Source of the DNA: an uncultured Alphaproteobacteria bacterium
GTDB taxonomy: Bacteria; Pseudomonadota; Alphaproteobacteria; Thalassobaculales; Thalassobaculaceae
Assembly: GCA_902578675.1 (NCBI GenBank)
Contig: CACHDV010000001.1
Span: 24,065-88,064, forward strand
Direction of reading: 5' to 3'
DNA length: 64,000 nt
Positions 49,237-59,333 of this stretch are shown here, one piece after another. Position 1 is the first letter of the stretch, and every line of letters starts with the position of its first letter. Both the position numbers and the translations under genes were made by a program. The notes beneath the pieces were generated by a model. The model saw nothing but the letters and a program-made list of their open reading frames with translations, was not told where the DNA came from and searched no databases.

Positions 49237-50460
49237 ATGAGCGGTATTCAAGCCTTAACGGAAGATTTAAGCCTCTATATTCACTGGCCATTTTGTCTGT
49301 CCAAGTGCCCCTATTGTGATTTCAACAGTCATGTCGTCAATGAAATCGATCAATCTGTTTGGCGAGGAGGCTTATTGACTGAGATGAAAACCCTTGCGAA
49401 AAATACAGAAGATCGAAAACTAAAAAGTATTTTTTTTGGGGGTGGCACCCCATCTCTAATGGAACCGCAAATTGTCTCGGATATAATTTCAGAAGCAAAA
49501 AAAATTTGGCGGGCAGATGATTTACTTGAAATTTCATTGGAGGCAAACCCCTCGTCTGTGGAGGCAAAAAGGCTTCACCTTTTTAATCAAGCTGGGATAA
49601 ACCGCATCTCCCTTGGAGTCCAATCCTTTAATGACATTACTTTAAAATTTCTGGGCAGAGAGCATGATGCTGCTGACTCAAAAAGAGCTCTAGAGATTGC
49701 TAAAAAAACTTTTAAAAATGTTTCTTTCGATATGATCTACGCGACCCCTGAACAGACGCTCCAAGACTGGGCCTCAGAAATAAGGCAAGCAATCGAATTC
49801 TCTTCTGATCATATTTCTGTCTATCAATTGACTATAGAAAGAGGAACAGCATTTTTCCAAAAACATCGTAAGGGGGAATTTCAAATGCTGGATAGAGAAA
49901 CGCTGGCCGACTTGTATGAGCTCACCCAAGATAAATTAGGATCAGCAGGACTAGCAGGCTATGAAATATCAAATCATGCTAAACCGAGTTTTGAGTGTGT
50001 ACACAACTTGCAGTATTGGAAAATGAAAGATTATTTAGGCATAGGTGCTGGAGCACATAGCAGGATTACGGACAAAGAGGGGGTGCGCTGGGCACTTCGA
50101 ACCCATAGGGCACCCAACAAATGGTTATCTGAGACAAAGGCGAACGGACAGGCAGTTGCTGAAAAAGTTTTTTTGAGTTTAGAGGAACAAATTTTTGAAA
50201 CGCTCATGATGGGACTCCGGCTCAAAAAGGGGATCTCGACAGCAGACTTTAAAAATACTTTCAAAAAAGGTATCGAGGAAATCTTTGCTGGCGAGACCTT
50301 GGAGATTTTGCTCAACGAGCGGTTAATTGAAATTGACAAAGAATCATTTAAAGCTACTCCTGTAGGGAGACAAAAACTTGACTCGCTGATCCAGTTTCTT
50401 TTTTCTGACTTTGATTTAGATCCTCATTCTTCTTTTTTTTCAGGGGCTCCAGTTAGCTAA
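49237..50460 (+). CDS. hemW: Radical SAM heme chaperone HemW (oxygen-independent coproporphyrinogen oxidase-like)
   Basis: YIHWPFCLSKCPYCDF (CxxxCxxC). Conserved rph-rdgB-hemW order. Confidence 0.9.
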   Translation: MSGIQALTEDLSLYIHWPFCLSKCPYCDFNSHVVNEIDQSVWRGGLLTEMKTLAKNTEDRKLKSIFFGGGTPSLMEPQIVSDIISEAKKIWRADDLLEISLEANPSSVEAKRLHLFNQAGINRISLGVQSFNDITLKFLGREHDAADSKRALEIAKKTFKNVSFDMIYATPEQTLQDWASEIRQAIEFSSDHISVYQLTIERGTAFFQKHRKGEFQMLDRETLADLYELTQDKLGSAGLAGYEISNHAKPSFECVHNLQYWKMKDYLGIGAGAHSRITDKEGVRWALRTHRAPNKWLSETKANGQAVAEKVFLSLEEQIFETLMMGLRLKKGISTADFKNTFKKGIEEIFAGETLEILLNERLIEIDKESFKATPVGRQKLDSLIQFLFSDFDLDPHSSFFSGAPVS

Positions 50461-52010
50461 TAAAGAAATCTAAGTGGTGCATCGTCCACTACTACTGGGC
50501 CTGTCTTACCAACTTCTAGTACAGCGTAACCTCTCTCGTTTAAACCATTAGGAAGTAATCTTATAATACCATCGACCCCAATAAAACCACGGGGATCATG
50601 GATATCGAATGCAGGCTGCTCTTCACTGCGAACCGTTTGACTCAGCGCCGCCGCCACCAGCATAGCATCGTAACCTAAAGTTGCTAATCGAGGCGGCTTA
50701 TAGCCGTAATGCTTTTTAAACCTTTCTATGAACTCGCCAACACCTTTTGGGGCCGGGGCAACGTACCAAGCTCCAACCAATGCAGGCTCCAGGTTCAGAT
50801 CAGCAGTTTCATCCCAGAGTGTAGTGCCGAGCAACTTAACCCTAGATGGATCAACATCGAAAAAAGCAAAAAGCGGGGCTAATCTTTTCAAGTCAGACCC
50901 ACCAGCTGGCAAAAGCACTGAATCAAATGGTGGGTTTCCAAAAGTGTCCATGCCCTGCAACTTTGAGAGCAACGATGCAGCTATCTCATCTTTTTGTCGA
51001 AGCAACTGCCGTCTTTGAGTAGTTAAGTTCTCTCTTCTAATCTGATAATCAGCGAAATTCTTTACCAATTCAGTTAGATTTTCACCATCTGGCTGATAAT
51101 ATTGAGCTCGGGATAGATCCTTTCCTTGAAGTAGAACAGCGTTTTTTGAGGTTTCAATGGCTAGCTTCCCAAAATAGTTATCAGGTACAAATGCGGCTAA
51201 ATTTCTGTAGCCACTTTCTAAAGCAAAATTAACAATTCTTGTTATCTGCTGGCTTGGTAAAAAACCAAACACATAAACACCCTCTTGCGCCACTAAGTGA
51301 TCATTGGAAAAACTTATTAATGTTATCCCTGCCTCTTTCGCCATTGGAGCTATAGCCCTAGTAGAATCCCCAAAGAGAGGTCCAAGTATCAAATCCACTC
51401 CAGAATTTATTGCCAAGTCAGCAGCCTGTTTTGCTCCTTCGACTGTTCCTCTTGTGTCAAAAATAAGTAGCTCAACGTTAAGATTTGAAACCTCGAAAAA
51501 TGCTAACTGAATAGAGTCCAATAGAGCACCTCCAATTTGATCAACATTTCCCGATAGAGGTAAAAGAATTCCTACTTCAGAAATCTTCTTTTTGGAGATA
51601 GAAGGTAGGATTTTTGCCCCAAGTGCCTGCGGCTTTTCCTCAGCGTCTGATTCAGAAACATTTTGCCGATTTAGAATTATGCTAGTCTCAGGATCTTTCT
51701 TCCCGTGTAGCCCGAGCCTTTCTTTACCGAAGTAAAATTCATTTTTAGGCTTTGATATTCTTTTATCTTTTTTTTGGTCTATTTTTTCTGAAGAAAGAGC
51801 AGGCGGGACAATAACTTCATGCCTCTGACTTTCTACGAGCCCTTGATTCGATTGACACCCAATAATAGCCCAAATAAGTGAAATTAATAATGGGAAGGCG
51901 AGTACTTTTGTTCCTTTTGACGAAATATGATAGTGTGATGCCTTGCAGTGTTTCCGAACAAAATTCAAAATACAAACTCCCAGGCTACTAACTAAAATCG
52001 ACCGCTTCAT
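50457..52010 (-). CDS. Penicillin-binding protein activator LpoA-like lipoprotein (type-1 periplasmic-binding-protein fold)
   Basis: 517 aa with lipobox AIIGC and a C-terminal ~350 aa with Leu/Ile/Val-binding-protein-like character. Divergent from rsmI, as in the enterobacterial lpoA/rsmI locus. The start is uncertain (ATG 52010 or TTG 51968). Confidence 0.7.
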   Translation of the reverse strand: MKRSILVSSLGVCILNFVRKHCKASHYHISSKGTKVLAFPLLISLIWAIIGCQSNQGLVESQRHEVIVPPALSSEKIDQKKDKRISKPKNEFYFGKERLGLHGKKDPETSIILNRQNVSESDAEEKPQALGAKILPSISKKKISEVGILLPLSGNVDQIGGALLDSIQLAFFEVSNLNVELLIFDTRGTVEGAKQAADLAINSGVDLILGPLFGDSTRAIAPMAKEAGITLISFSNDHLVAQEGVYVFGFLPSQQITRIVNFALESGYRNLAAFVPDNYFGKLAIETSKNAVLLQGKDLSRAQYYQPDGENLTELVKNFADYQIRRENLTTQRRQLLRQKDEIAASLLSKLQGMDTFGNPPFDSVLLPAGGSDLKRLAPLFAFFDVDPSRVKLLGTTLWDETADLNLEPALVGAWYVAPAPKGVGEFIERFKKHYGYKPPRLATLGYDAMLVAAALSQTVRSEEQPAFDIHDPRGFIGVDGIIRLLPNGLNERGYAVLEVGKTGPVVVDDAPLRFLY

Positions 52011-52050
52011 TTTACACTATTATAATAAGCAAGGCGATAATGACGAAAAT

Positions 52051-52899
52051 ATGACATCTCTAGCAATAAATAAGGGGCTTACGCTTATTGCCACTCCTAT
52101 TGGTAATTTGCGTGATATAACATTTCGTGCCATAGACGCATTGATGCAGGCAGACCAGATTCTCTGTGAAGACACACGCGTCTCCAGAAAACTTTTAAAC
52201 CACTATAACATTCATACAAAACTTACTTCGTATCATGAATACAACGCTACTTCTTTACGACCAAAGATAATACAGGCACTACAACAAGGTAAGAAGATCG
52301 CACTAATAAGCGATGCGGGTACCCCTAACATTTCAGATCCGGGCTACAAATTAGTCGAATCATGCTTAGCAAATGACATTCACGTATCCACAGTACCAGG
52401 TCCCACAGCTGTCGTAGCGGCACTATCAATATCTGGTTTGCCTACTGACAATTTTTATTTTGGAGGATTCCTTCCTTCAAAAACCACAGCACGCAAAAAG
52501 ACTTTCGCTTCCCTAAGAACCCTTGATACTACTCTAATCTTCTATGAAAGCCCCGCAAGGCTTGTCGCCTCCTTGCATGATTCCTTAGAATATTTTGCTG
52601 GCAGAACAGCAGTCATAGCACGAGAGTTAACTAAACTACACGAAGATGTAAAACGAGCTGAGATATCTGAATTGTATAATTTCTACAAAGGCATCACCCG
52701 AGTGAGAGGCGAGATTGTCTTTTTAATTTCTCCTCCACAAAAAGAGGCTTTATATTTAAGCCATGAACAGATAAAAAAACTTCTCAAAGAACGATTGACC
52801 AACGAAACTCTTAAGGACGCGGTCAGAAACTTAGCTCGTGAACACAGCATATCAAGATCACTGGTGTACGGATTGGCGCTGGAGATGAAAGACGTATAA
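52051..52899 (+). CDS. rsmI: 16S rRNA (cytidine1402-2'-O)-methyltransferase RsmI
   Basis: LIATPIGNLRDIT, CEDTR and SDAGTP motifs. ATG 52051 was chosen because the longest ORF (51943) would overlap the divergent gene. Confidence 0.92.
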   Translation: MTSLAINKGLTLIATPIGNLRDITFRAIDALMQADQILCEDTRVSRKLLNHYNIHTKLTSYHEYNATSLRPKIIQALQQGKKIALISDAGTPNISDPGYKLVESCLANDIHVSTVPGPTAVVAALSISGLPTDNFYFGGFLPSKTTARKKTFASLRTLDTTLIFYESPARLVASLHDSLEYFAGRTAVIARELTKLHEDVKRAEISELYNFYKGITRVRGEIVFLISPPQKEALYLSHEQIKKLLKERLTNETLKDAVRNLAREHSISRSLVYGLALEMKDV

Positions 52900-52962
52900 T
52901 GCTAGTGACATTCCTTTTGAAATTCACAACCCAATGTTTAATAATCAAAATGGGGGTATAAA

Positions 52963-53562
52963 ATGCAGCTTAAATTCATTTATTTTCCTAGACGCTTCCT
53001 GCAATTAATCTGCATCTCAATGCTTCTTACTCAGACCGCCTGTTCGCCCATTGGATTAGCTGTTGGCGCGGGAGCAACTGTCGTTAGAGCCAGTCAAACC
53101 GAAAGGGGTCTTAAGGGTTCAGCTGAAGATCTTCAAACTCGTGCGGAAGTGTTACACTACCTTTTTCAGAAAGACGTAGATTTGTTCGGTGCAGTTAGCG
53201 TATCGGTCACACAAGGCCGTGTTTTGCTTACTGGCAAAGTTAGGGGGCCTAAAGACCGAATTGAGGCGACAAAACTTGCTTGGAAGGCTACTGGTGTAGC
53301 CGAGGTTATCAACGAGCTCCAAGTTATTGACCGATCCAGCATCGCGGATCATGCAAAAGATATTCTTATAAACAAAAGCTTACAAGCGAGACTCCTAGTA
53401 GACCAGGAGATTAAATTTATAAACTATACCGTCGATACGGTGAACGGAACAGTCTATCTATTTGGTATTGCACAAAACCATGAGGAATTAGAGAGAGTTA
53501 TAGCTGTAGTTCGTCAAACAAACTATGTAGAGAATATCGTCAATTATGTGACAATTAAATAG
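52963..53562 (+). CDS. BON domain-containing lipoprotein (DolP/YraP/OsmY-like, two BON domains)
   Basis: Signal peptide with lipobox QTAC, followed by two BON-like repeats (VTQGRVLLTGKV and VNGTVYLFGIA). Confidence 0.8.
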   Translation: MQLKFIYFPRRFLQLICISMLLTQTACSPIGLAVGAGATVVRASQTERGLKGSAEDLQTRAEVLHYLFQKDVDLFGAVSVSVTQGRVLLTGKVRGPKDRIEATKLAWKATGVAEVINELQVIDRSSIADHAKDILINKSLQARLLVDQEIKFINYTVDTVNGTVYLFGIAQNHEELERVIAVVRQTNYVENIVNYVTIK

Positions 53563-53636
53563 TAGTATAGGGCCACATTTTTATTTAAAAAACACCCTCT
53601 AACGCCTGATTTTCAGTTTATGGAGAACAATGCAAT

Positions 53637-54578
53637 ATGACCTTAAAGGTTGCTTTTCAAATGGACCCTATGGAGTCGATTGATATAGCTGGAGATAGTA
53701 GCTTTGCGCTAGCGCTAGAAGCTCAAGAACGAGGACACAAACTGTTTCATTATGAGCCAAAAAATTTATCACTATCACAGTTGAAGCCAGTAGCTAAGTT
53801 GCGATCCCTGACTGTCCAAAATATTACTGGCAATCATTTTTATCTAGGCGAACAAAGAGTTGCCGATCTCAAAACAGATATTGATGTGATACTGATGCGT
53901 CAGGACCCGCCGTTTGACATGTCCTATATTACCGCGACCCATATTCTTGAGCACGTGCATCCCAATACATTGGTAATAAATAACCCTACAAACGTCCGAA
54001 ATACTCCTGAAAAGCTGTTCGTTACCCATTTTGAAAATGTAATGCCACCAACATTAATAACTTCTGATGAGGAAGAAATATTTGGCTTTCGAAAAGAATT
54101 TAAAGACATAATTGTAAAGCCTCTTTTTGGAAATGGAGGGGCGGGAGTATTTCACATAAAGCCAGACGATGAGAATTTAAGCTCACTTATAGAACTTCAC
54201 AAAACGTTTTACAGAGAACCACTCATGATCCAAGAATACGTCCCCGCTGTTAGACAGGGCGACAAACGTATTATCCTTATAGATGGTAAGCCTGTTGGTG
54301 CAGTGAACCGAGTTCCAGCGAAGGGTGAAGCTCGATCAAATATGCATGTAGGAGGAAAACCAATGAAATGTGAATTAACTGGCCGTGATAGGGAAATATG
54401 TGAAATTATTGGACCTAGCTTAAAAGAGAAGGGCCTATTGTTTGTTGGTATTGATGTAATAGGAAACTATTTAACCGAAATAAATGTTACGTCACCAACT
54501 GGGATCCAGGAGTTAAGCCGATTTGAAGATACTAATATTGCTAGCTTGATCTGGGACGCGATAGAGAAGAAGCTATGA
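53637..54578 (+). CDS. gshB: Glutathione synthetase
   Basis: 313 aa ATP-grasp enzyme with [22 protein letters not shown] and NVTSPTG motifs. Confidence 0.94.
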   Translation: MTLKVAFQMDPMESIDIAGDSSFALALEAQERGHKLFHYEPKNLSLSQLKPVAKLRSLTVQNITGNHFYLGEQRVADLKTDIDVILMRQDPPFDMSYITATHILEHVHPNTLVINNPTNVRNTPEKLFVTHFENVMPPTLITSDEEEIFGFRKEFKDIIVKPLFGNGGAGVFHIKPDDENLSSLIELHKTFYREPLMIQEYVPAVRQGDKRIILIDGKPVGAVNRVPAKGEARSNMHVGGKPMKCELTGRDREICEIIGPSLKEKGLLFVGIDVIGNYLTEINVTSPTGIQELSRFEDTNIASLIWDAIEKKL

Positions 54579-54586
54579 AACTGCAC

Positions 54587-54946
54587 TCAAGATGAAAGTA
54601 AAGCGCCTAGGCGGCGACCGCCCAACACATGCACATGTAAGTGGGGCACCTCTTGCATGCTGTCCTCGCCGTTATTTACAATCGTTCTATAGCCAGTTTT
54701 ATCTATTTTCTTCAGGTTTACCACATTACCAATGGCTTCGATGAAAGCAGTTTTTTCTTCTGCGGTAGCTTTTCTGGCAAACTCTGTCATGTTTTGGTAT
54801 GCCCCCTTTGGAATTATCAGTACATGAACAGGTGCCTGAGGATTTATATCTTCAAAAGCCAGAACGTGGTCATCTTCATAAACAATCTCGCATGGGATTT
54901 CACCCCTTAGAATTTTTGCAAAAATATTTTCTCGGTCATACGCCAT
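54587..54946 (-). CDS. HIT family (HinT-like) nucleotide hydrolase
   Basis: 119 aa with histidine triad HLHVHVLGG. Confidence 0.9.
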   Translation of the reverse strand: MAYDRENIFAKILRGEIPCEIVYEDDHVLAFEDINPQAPVHVLIIPKGAYQNMTEFARKATAEEKTAFIEAIGNVVNLKKIDKTGYRTIVNNGEDSMQEVPHLHVHVLGGRRLGALLSS

Positions 54947-54959
54947 CGATTAACCCTTA

Positions 54960-55307
54960 CTAATTGTTATCGTCACGCTGCAACTTCTCCTGAAGACCAG
55001 ACTGGTTTTCTCTTTTACGAAGCTCGTCCCAAACACTATCTGGCTCTACTTCAGCATCTGCCCAGAGAACCAGAAGATGGTAGATCAAATCAGCACTTTC
55101 TTCTACCAATTCTCGCTTGGTTCCTCTAAGCGCGCTAATCACAGTCTCTACGGCTTCCTCACCAACTTTTTGACAAATATGATCGGTACCTCTTTCAAAC
55201 AACATGGCGCTGTATGAGGTACTTGGACTTGCTTGTTTTCTTTCTTTAATTTTCAGATACAAATCATGCAGAACGCGCGACATTTTTTTTAACTCCCTTA
55301 CCCGCAT
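54960..55307 (-). CDS. hisE: Phosphoribosyl-ATP pyrophosphatase
   Basis: SYSAMLFERG and KVGEEAVE motifs. A second in-frame ATG at 55283 has a better Shine-Dalgarno sequence (gggag), so the start is uncertain by 8 codons. Confidence 0.9.
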   Translation of the reverse strand: MRVRELKKMSRVLHDLYLKIKERKQASPSTSYSAMLFERGTDHICQKVGEEAVETVISALRGTKRELVEESADLIYHLLVLWADAEVEPDSVWDELRKRENQSGLQEKLQRDDNN

Positions 55308-55313
55308 AGAAAG

Positions 55314-56072
55314 TCAGCTTCGAACCTTAACCCCCCTCGACGCCATATCCTTTTTAACCTCCGCTATACTAAATTCTCCAAAATGAAAAACTGAAGCTGC
55401 TAGAACCCCAGTAGCACCACCGTCCAACACTCCTTGTGCAAAATGTTCCAAACCGCCAACCCCACCAGAAGCGATAACGGGAACAGAAACTCTATTAGAG
55501 ATTCTACTGATTAACTCTATATCAAATCCCTTCCTTGTCCCGTCACGGTCCATTGATGTAACCAGTAGCTCACCAGCACCATATTCAACCATTTGCTCGG
55601 CCCATCTGATCGCGTCTAAGCCCGTGGACTCGCGGCCTCCATGAGTAAATACTTGTAATTTCCCACTACCATTTCTTTTGGCGTCTATCGCTACCACAAT
55701 GCATTGTGAGCCAAATTTTTCTGCCGCCTCTTTTACAAATTCTGGTCGCCGAACGGCCTCAGTATTTATAGAAACCTTGTCGGCTCCTGCCCGCAATAAA
55801 GCGATTATATCAGCTTCTTTTCTTACTCCTCCACCAACTGTGAGAGGCATAAAACAGTGCTCCGCTGTTCCAGAAACAACATCAAGTAAGGTGTCTCTAT
55901 TATCGCTGCTTGCTGTAATATCTAGAAAAGTCAGTTCGTCAGCGCCCTCAGCATCATATAGTTTCGCCTGCTCTACTGGGTCACCTGCGTCGATTAGGTC
56001 AACAAAATTAATGCCTTTAACTACTCTTCCATCCTTAACATCGAGACATGGTATTACGCGAGCACTTAACAT
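55314..56072 (-). CDS. hisF: Imidazole glycerol phosphate synthase cyclase subunit
   Basis: [16 protein letters not shown] and SGGVG motifs. Overlaps hisA by 7 nt. Confidence 0.97.
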   Translation of the reverse strand: MLSARVIPCLDVKDGRVVKGINFVDLIDAGDPVEQAKLYDAEGADELTFLDITASSDNRDTLLDVVSGTAEHCFMPLTVGGGVRKEADIIALLRAGADKVSINTEAVRRPEFVKEAAEKFGSQCIVVAIDAKRNGSGKLQVFTHGGRESTGLDAIRWAEQMVEYGAGELLVTSMDRDGTRKGFDIELISRISNRVSVPVIASGGVGGLEHFAQGVLDGGATGVLAASVFHFGEFSIAEVKKDMASRGVKVRS

Positions 56073-56806
56073 TCGCGGCCTCCATGACTTAAAATTCCTA
56101 GCGCATCTTCTAAATTTATTCTGTTTTCATAGAGAGCTCTCCCGCATATTATGCCAGCTATTTTTCCTTTAGCCTCATCTAAAAGATTTTTTAATTCCTG
56201 TATGGAAGATAGACCACCTGAAGCTATTACGGGTATCTCCACCTTCGAGGCTAACGCTAGGGTGCCCTCAATATTAATTCCTGATAACACTCCATCTCTA
56301 TCAATGTCCGTGTAAATAATGGCAGAAACACCGCTATCCTCAAATCTAGCCGCCAGCTCCAAAATATTCATATCAGAATGCTTGGCCCAACCTTCCACTG
56401 AGACAAAGCCCTCTCTTGCATCTATACCAACCACTATTCTTTCGGGGAATTCTTTACAACTCTCTTTAACAAATTCTGGGTTTTTCATAGCGGCTGTTCC
56501 TAGGATAACCCGGGAGATGCCCCTATTTATCCAGTGTTCCACACTTTTTAAATCTCGTATGCCACCGCCTAACTGGATTGGGCATTTTACACTATCAATA
56601 ATTGAGCCTATTGCTTTATTATTGATTGAACGCCCGGCAAACGCTCCATCTAAATCTACAACATGAAGCCATTCACATCCTGCAGATTGAAAGATCGCTG
56701 CTTGGCCACCTGGTGAAGTATTGAATACCGTACTTTCATTCATGTCACCCTTTATCAAGCGAACACAATTCCCACCTTTTAAATCTATCGCGGGAAACAA
56801 TATCAT
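56066..56806 (-). CDS. hisA: ProFAR isomerase
   Basis: [17 protein letters not shown] and GGGIR motifs. Confidence 0.96.
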   Translation of the reverse strand: MILFPAIDLKGGNCVRLIKGDMNESTVFNTSPGGQAAIFQSAGCEWLHVVDLDGAFAGRSINNKAIGSIIDSVKCPIQLGGGIRDLKSVEHWINRGISRVILGTAAMKNPEFVKESCKEFPERIVVGIDAREGFVSVEGWAKHSDMNILELAARFEDSGVSAIIYTDIDRDGVLSGINIEGTLALASKVEIPVIASGGLSSIQELKNLLDEAKGKIAGIICGRALYENRINLEDALGILSHGGREC

Positions 56807-56809
56807 ACC

Positions 56810-57376
56810 CTAAATATCCTCAATATTTTCTTTGTTTAGTTTTTTAAAATAAAAACAGCCCTTTACATAATTTTGCCCGACCCTAGCGTAATATGGATGC
56901 TCTCCAAAACGACTATATCCCAATCCCTCAAATAATCGTATGGCGGCTATTTGAGTCTCGCGCACATCCAAATTCAAAAGATCAAAGTCTGTTTCAATAG
57001 CTCGATCCTCTGCTGCGCGGATTAATTCCGCCGATAGCCCATGACCTCGGGCCCAAGGCGCGACAAAATGCGTTGTAAGATTACAAGAGAAACTTTGCGC
57101 TTCATTGTTTCGGGTCGGCCTCAGTAACTGACATGACCCAGCTATCACATCGTCTAGCCTTCCGATAAGAAGGTCTCGCTCAGGAATTAGAAGAACCCCT
57201 CTCCAGTAAGCTTCGAGAACGTCCCGTGGGGGCGGCGCTAACCAACCAAACCCACCACCATCGGTGATAGCGAGTTCAGCAGCATCACATAAATCACTCA
57301 AATCTGCGGCACGCAAATCATCAACAAGTTCAACACTTGTTTTTGTTTTTATGCCCGTACTATCACGCTGTGTCAT
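56810..57376 (-). CDS. GNAT family N-acetyltransferase embedded in the his operon
   Basis: 188 aa with an acetyl-CoA-binding-type segment (VAPWARGHGLSAELI) and GNAT beta-strand pattern. There are 9 nt after the hisH stop and 3 nt before the hisA start. Confidence 0.85.
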   Translation of the reverse strand: MTQRDSTGIKTKTSVELVDDLRAADLSDLCDAAELAITDGGGFGWLAPPPRDVLEAYWRGVLLIPERDLLIGRLDDVIAGSCQLLRPTRNNEAQSFSCNLTTHFVAPWARGHGLSAELIRAAEDRAIETDFDLLNLDVRETQIAAIRLFEGLGYSRFGEHPYYARVGQNYVKGCFYFKKLNKENIEDI

Positions 57377-57385
57377 TTGAACTCC

Positions 57386-58012
57386 TTATGGCCGCCAGTT
57401 CAAAAAGTTCTCAAGCATTAAGAGGCCCATTTTTTGACTTTTTTCAGGATGAAACTGAGTTCCAATCATGTTGTCTTTACCAACGACTGCGGCTATTGGC
57501 TCTCCATAATCAGTAGTTGCCAACACAAATTTTTCCTCCTTAAGTTGCATGTGGAAACTATGGACAAAGTAAAAAAAGGCGCCTTGATCTACATTCTTAA
57601 AAAGAGGGTGGCCTAAAGATTTTATGGTTAGCTCATTCCACCCCATATGAGGAAGTTTTAATTCTGTTTCTATTTTTATTACCTCTCCTGGGAGCCAACC
57701 AAAACCATTTGTTGTCTCGTATTCATGCCCAACCGCCGACATTAGTTGCATTCCTACACAAATACCCAAAAAGGGGCGACCTTTAGAGACAACATTCTCT
57801 GCAATAGCATCTATCATTCCCGGCAGAACAGTTATACCTTTTTTACAATCAGGAAAAGCACCTACGCCTGGCAGAATCAGATAATCAGCACTGGCAACTA
57901 CATCAGGGTCCTTGGTAACACAAACCGTGGATCTAGAGCTTTTCACTCTTTCTAAAGCTTTACTAGCCGAACGCAGATTACCAGAGCCGTAGTCTATGAT
58001 GACCAGATTCAT
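57386..58012 (-). CDS. hisH: Imidazole glycerol phosphate synthase glutamine amidotransferase subunit
   Basis: IIDYGSGNLRS, GICVGMQ and QFHPEKS triad motifs. Confidence 0.96.
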   Translation of the reverse strand: MNLVIIDYGSGNLRSASKALERVKSSRSTVCVTKDPDVVASADYLILPGVGAFPDCKKGITVLPGMIDAIAENVVSKGRPFLGICVGMQLMSAVGHEYETTNGFGWLPGEVIKIETELKLPHMGWNELTIKSLGHPLFKNVDQGAFFYFVHSFHMQLKEEKFVLATTDYGEPIAAVVGKDNMIGTQFHPEKSQKMGLLMLENFLNWRP

Positions 58013-58017
58013 CTAAC

Positions 58018-58629
58018 TCATCCTTCCTTGCCGCCAATAGACCCTTTAGTAGATGGAATGGCAGAATCGTTTCTTTTGTCTATCTCGACTGCATCCCTTA
58101 GTGATCGACCTAAGGCCTTGAAACACGACTCAATAATATGGTGGGAATTTTCACCATAAGCATTTCTCACATGAATGGTTATTCCTGCTGCCTGAGCAAA
58201 TGCTCTAAACCACTCTTTAAACAGCTCAGTATCCATCTCACCCAAGCGCGAATTAGGCATCATAACTTTCCATTCGAGAAAAGGTCTACCGGAAACATCC
58301 AGCGTTACACTGGAGAGCGATTCATCCATTGGGATCTCTGCATGGGCAAATCGATTTATACCCACCCGCGAGCCTAAAGCCTTTCCAATTGCTTCGCCGA
58401 TAACATAACCAGAATCTTCTGTGGTGTGATGGGCGTCAATATGGAGATCACCTTTAGCTTCAAGCTCAATATCTATAAGCGAATGCTTAGAGAGCTGCTC
58501 AAGCATATGATCAAGGAAGCCTATTCCTGTCGTTATTTTATAATTACCTGAACCATCTAAATTAACTTCTGCCCAGATTTGTGTTTCGGTTGTGGTTCTA
58601 GTGACTGTTGCTTTTCTCTTGCCTGACAT
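58018..58629 (-). CDS. hisB: Imidazoleglycerol-phosphate dehydratase
   Basis: [14 protein letters not shown] and [10 protein letters not shown] motifs. Monofunctional length (203 aa). Confidence 0.96.
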   Translation of the reverse strand: MSGKRKATVTRTTTETQIWAEVNLDGSGNYKITTGIGFLDHMLEQLSKHSLIDIELEAKGDLHIDAHHTTEDSGYVIGEAIGKALGSRVGINRFAHAEIPMDESLSSVTLDVSGRPFLEWKVMMPNSRLGEMDTELFKEWFRAFAQAAGITIHVRNAYGENSHHIIESCFKALGRSLRDAVEIDKRNDSAIPSTKGSIGGKEG

Positions 58630-58721
58630 ATTTGATCTCCTATATGAAGGATCGCGGTGTTTTATCAGGAACTTCGCCCGCTGACTAGCCTAAGGAAAAT
58701 AAGGTCAAAAAAAGTTCCATC

Positions 58722-58748
58722 TTGACGCCGGTCGTCCCTTGGTATTAT
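58722..58748 (+). promoter_or_regulatory. Candidate promoter of hslVU
   Basis: TTGACG-N15-TATTAT (N16 if the -10 is read as ATTATC), 23 nt upstream of the hslV ATG. Shine-Dalgarno taggagga lies downstream. It does not fit the RpoH consensus well. Confidence 0.3.
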
Positions 58749-58770
58749 CAGCACTGCTTAGGAGGATAAA

Positions 58771-59316
58771 ATGACGGAAAATAATATGACATGGCATGGA
58801 ACTACAATTTTATCGGTACGGAAAAATGGTGAAGTCGTTGTTGCGGGGGATGGCCAAGTCACGTTTGGGAACACCGTTATTAAAGGCCGAGCAAACAAGG
58901 TACGTCGCCTTTCCTCAGGCTCTGTTATTGCTGGTTTCGCTGGCGCTACTGCGGATGCTTTTACACTTTTTGAACGACTCGAAGCAAAGCTTGAGCAGCA
59001 TCCTCAGCAACTGACCCGCGCTTGCGTTGAATTAGCCAAGGATTGGCGGACAGATCGATATCTTCGAAGACTTGAGGCAATGATGGCAGTTGCAGACGCA
59101 GATCATTCTCTTATTCTGTCTGGTAACGGCGATGTTTTAGAACCCGAAGACGGATTGATTGGTATAGGCTCCGGTGGCCCCTTTGCCTTGTCAGCAGCCC
59201 GCGCGCTAATAACCGAAAATAGCGTAAACGCCGAACAAATTGCTCTCAGGTCAATGAAAATAGCAGCGGACATGTGTATATATACGAATGAAAATATTAC
59301 GATTGAGAAAATTTAA
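58771..59316 (+). CDS. hslV: ATP-dependent protease subunit HslV
   Basis: [12 protein letters not shown] with an N-terminal catalytic Thr after processing, plus a GSGG motif. Confidence 0.96.
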   Translation: MTENNMTWHGTTILSVRKNGEVVVAGDGQVTFGNTVIKGRANKVRRLSSGSVIAGFAGATADAFTLFERLEAKLEQHPQQLTRACVELAKDWRTDRYLRRLEAMMAVADADHSLILSGNGDVLEPEDGLIGIGSGGPFALSAARALITENSVNAEQIALRSMKIAADMCIYTNENITIEKI

Positions 59317-59333
59317 CCCATAAGGCGGAACAT

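Noticed and set aside
51943-52050. N-terminal 36-codon extension of the rsmI ORF.
   Set aside because: The extension would overlap the divergent LpoA-like gene start. The RsmI family N-terminus aligns with the internal ATG at 52051 (LIATPIGN about 18 residues in).
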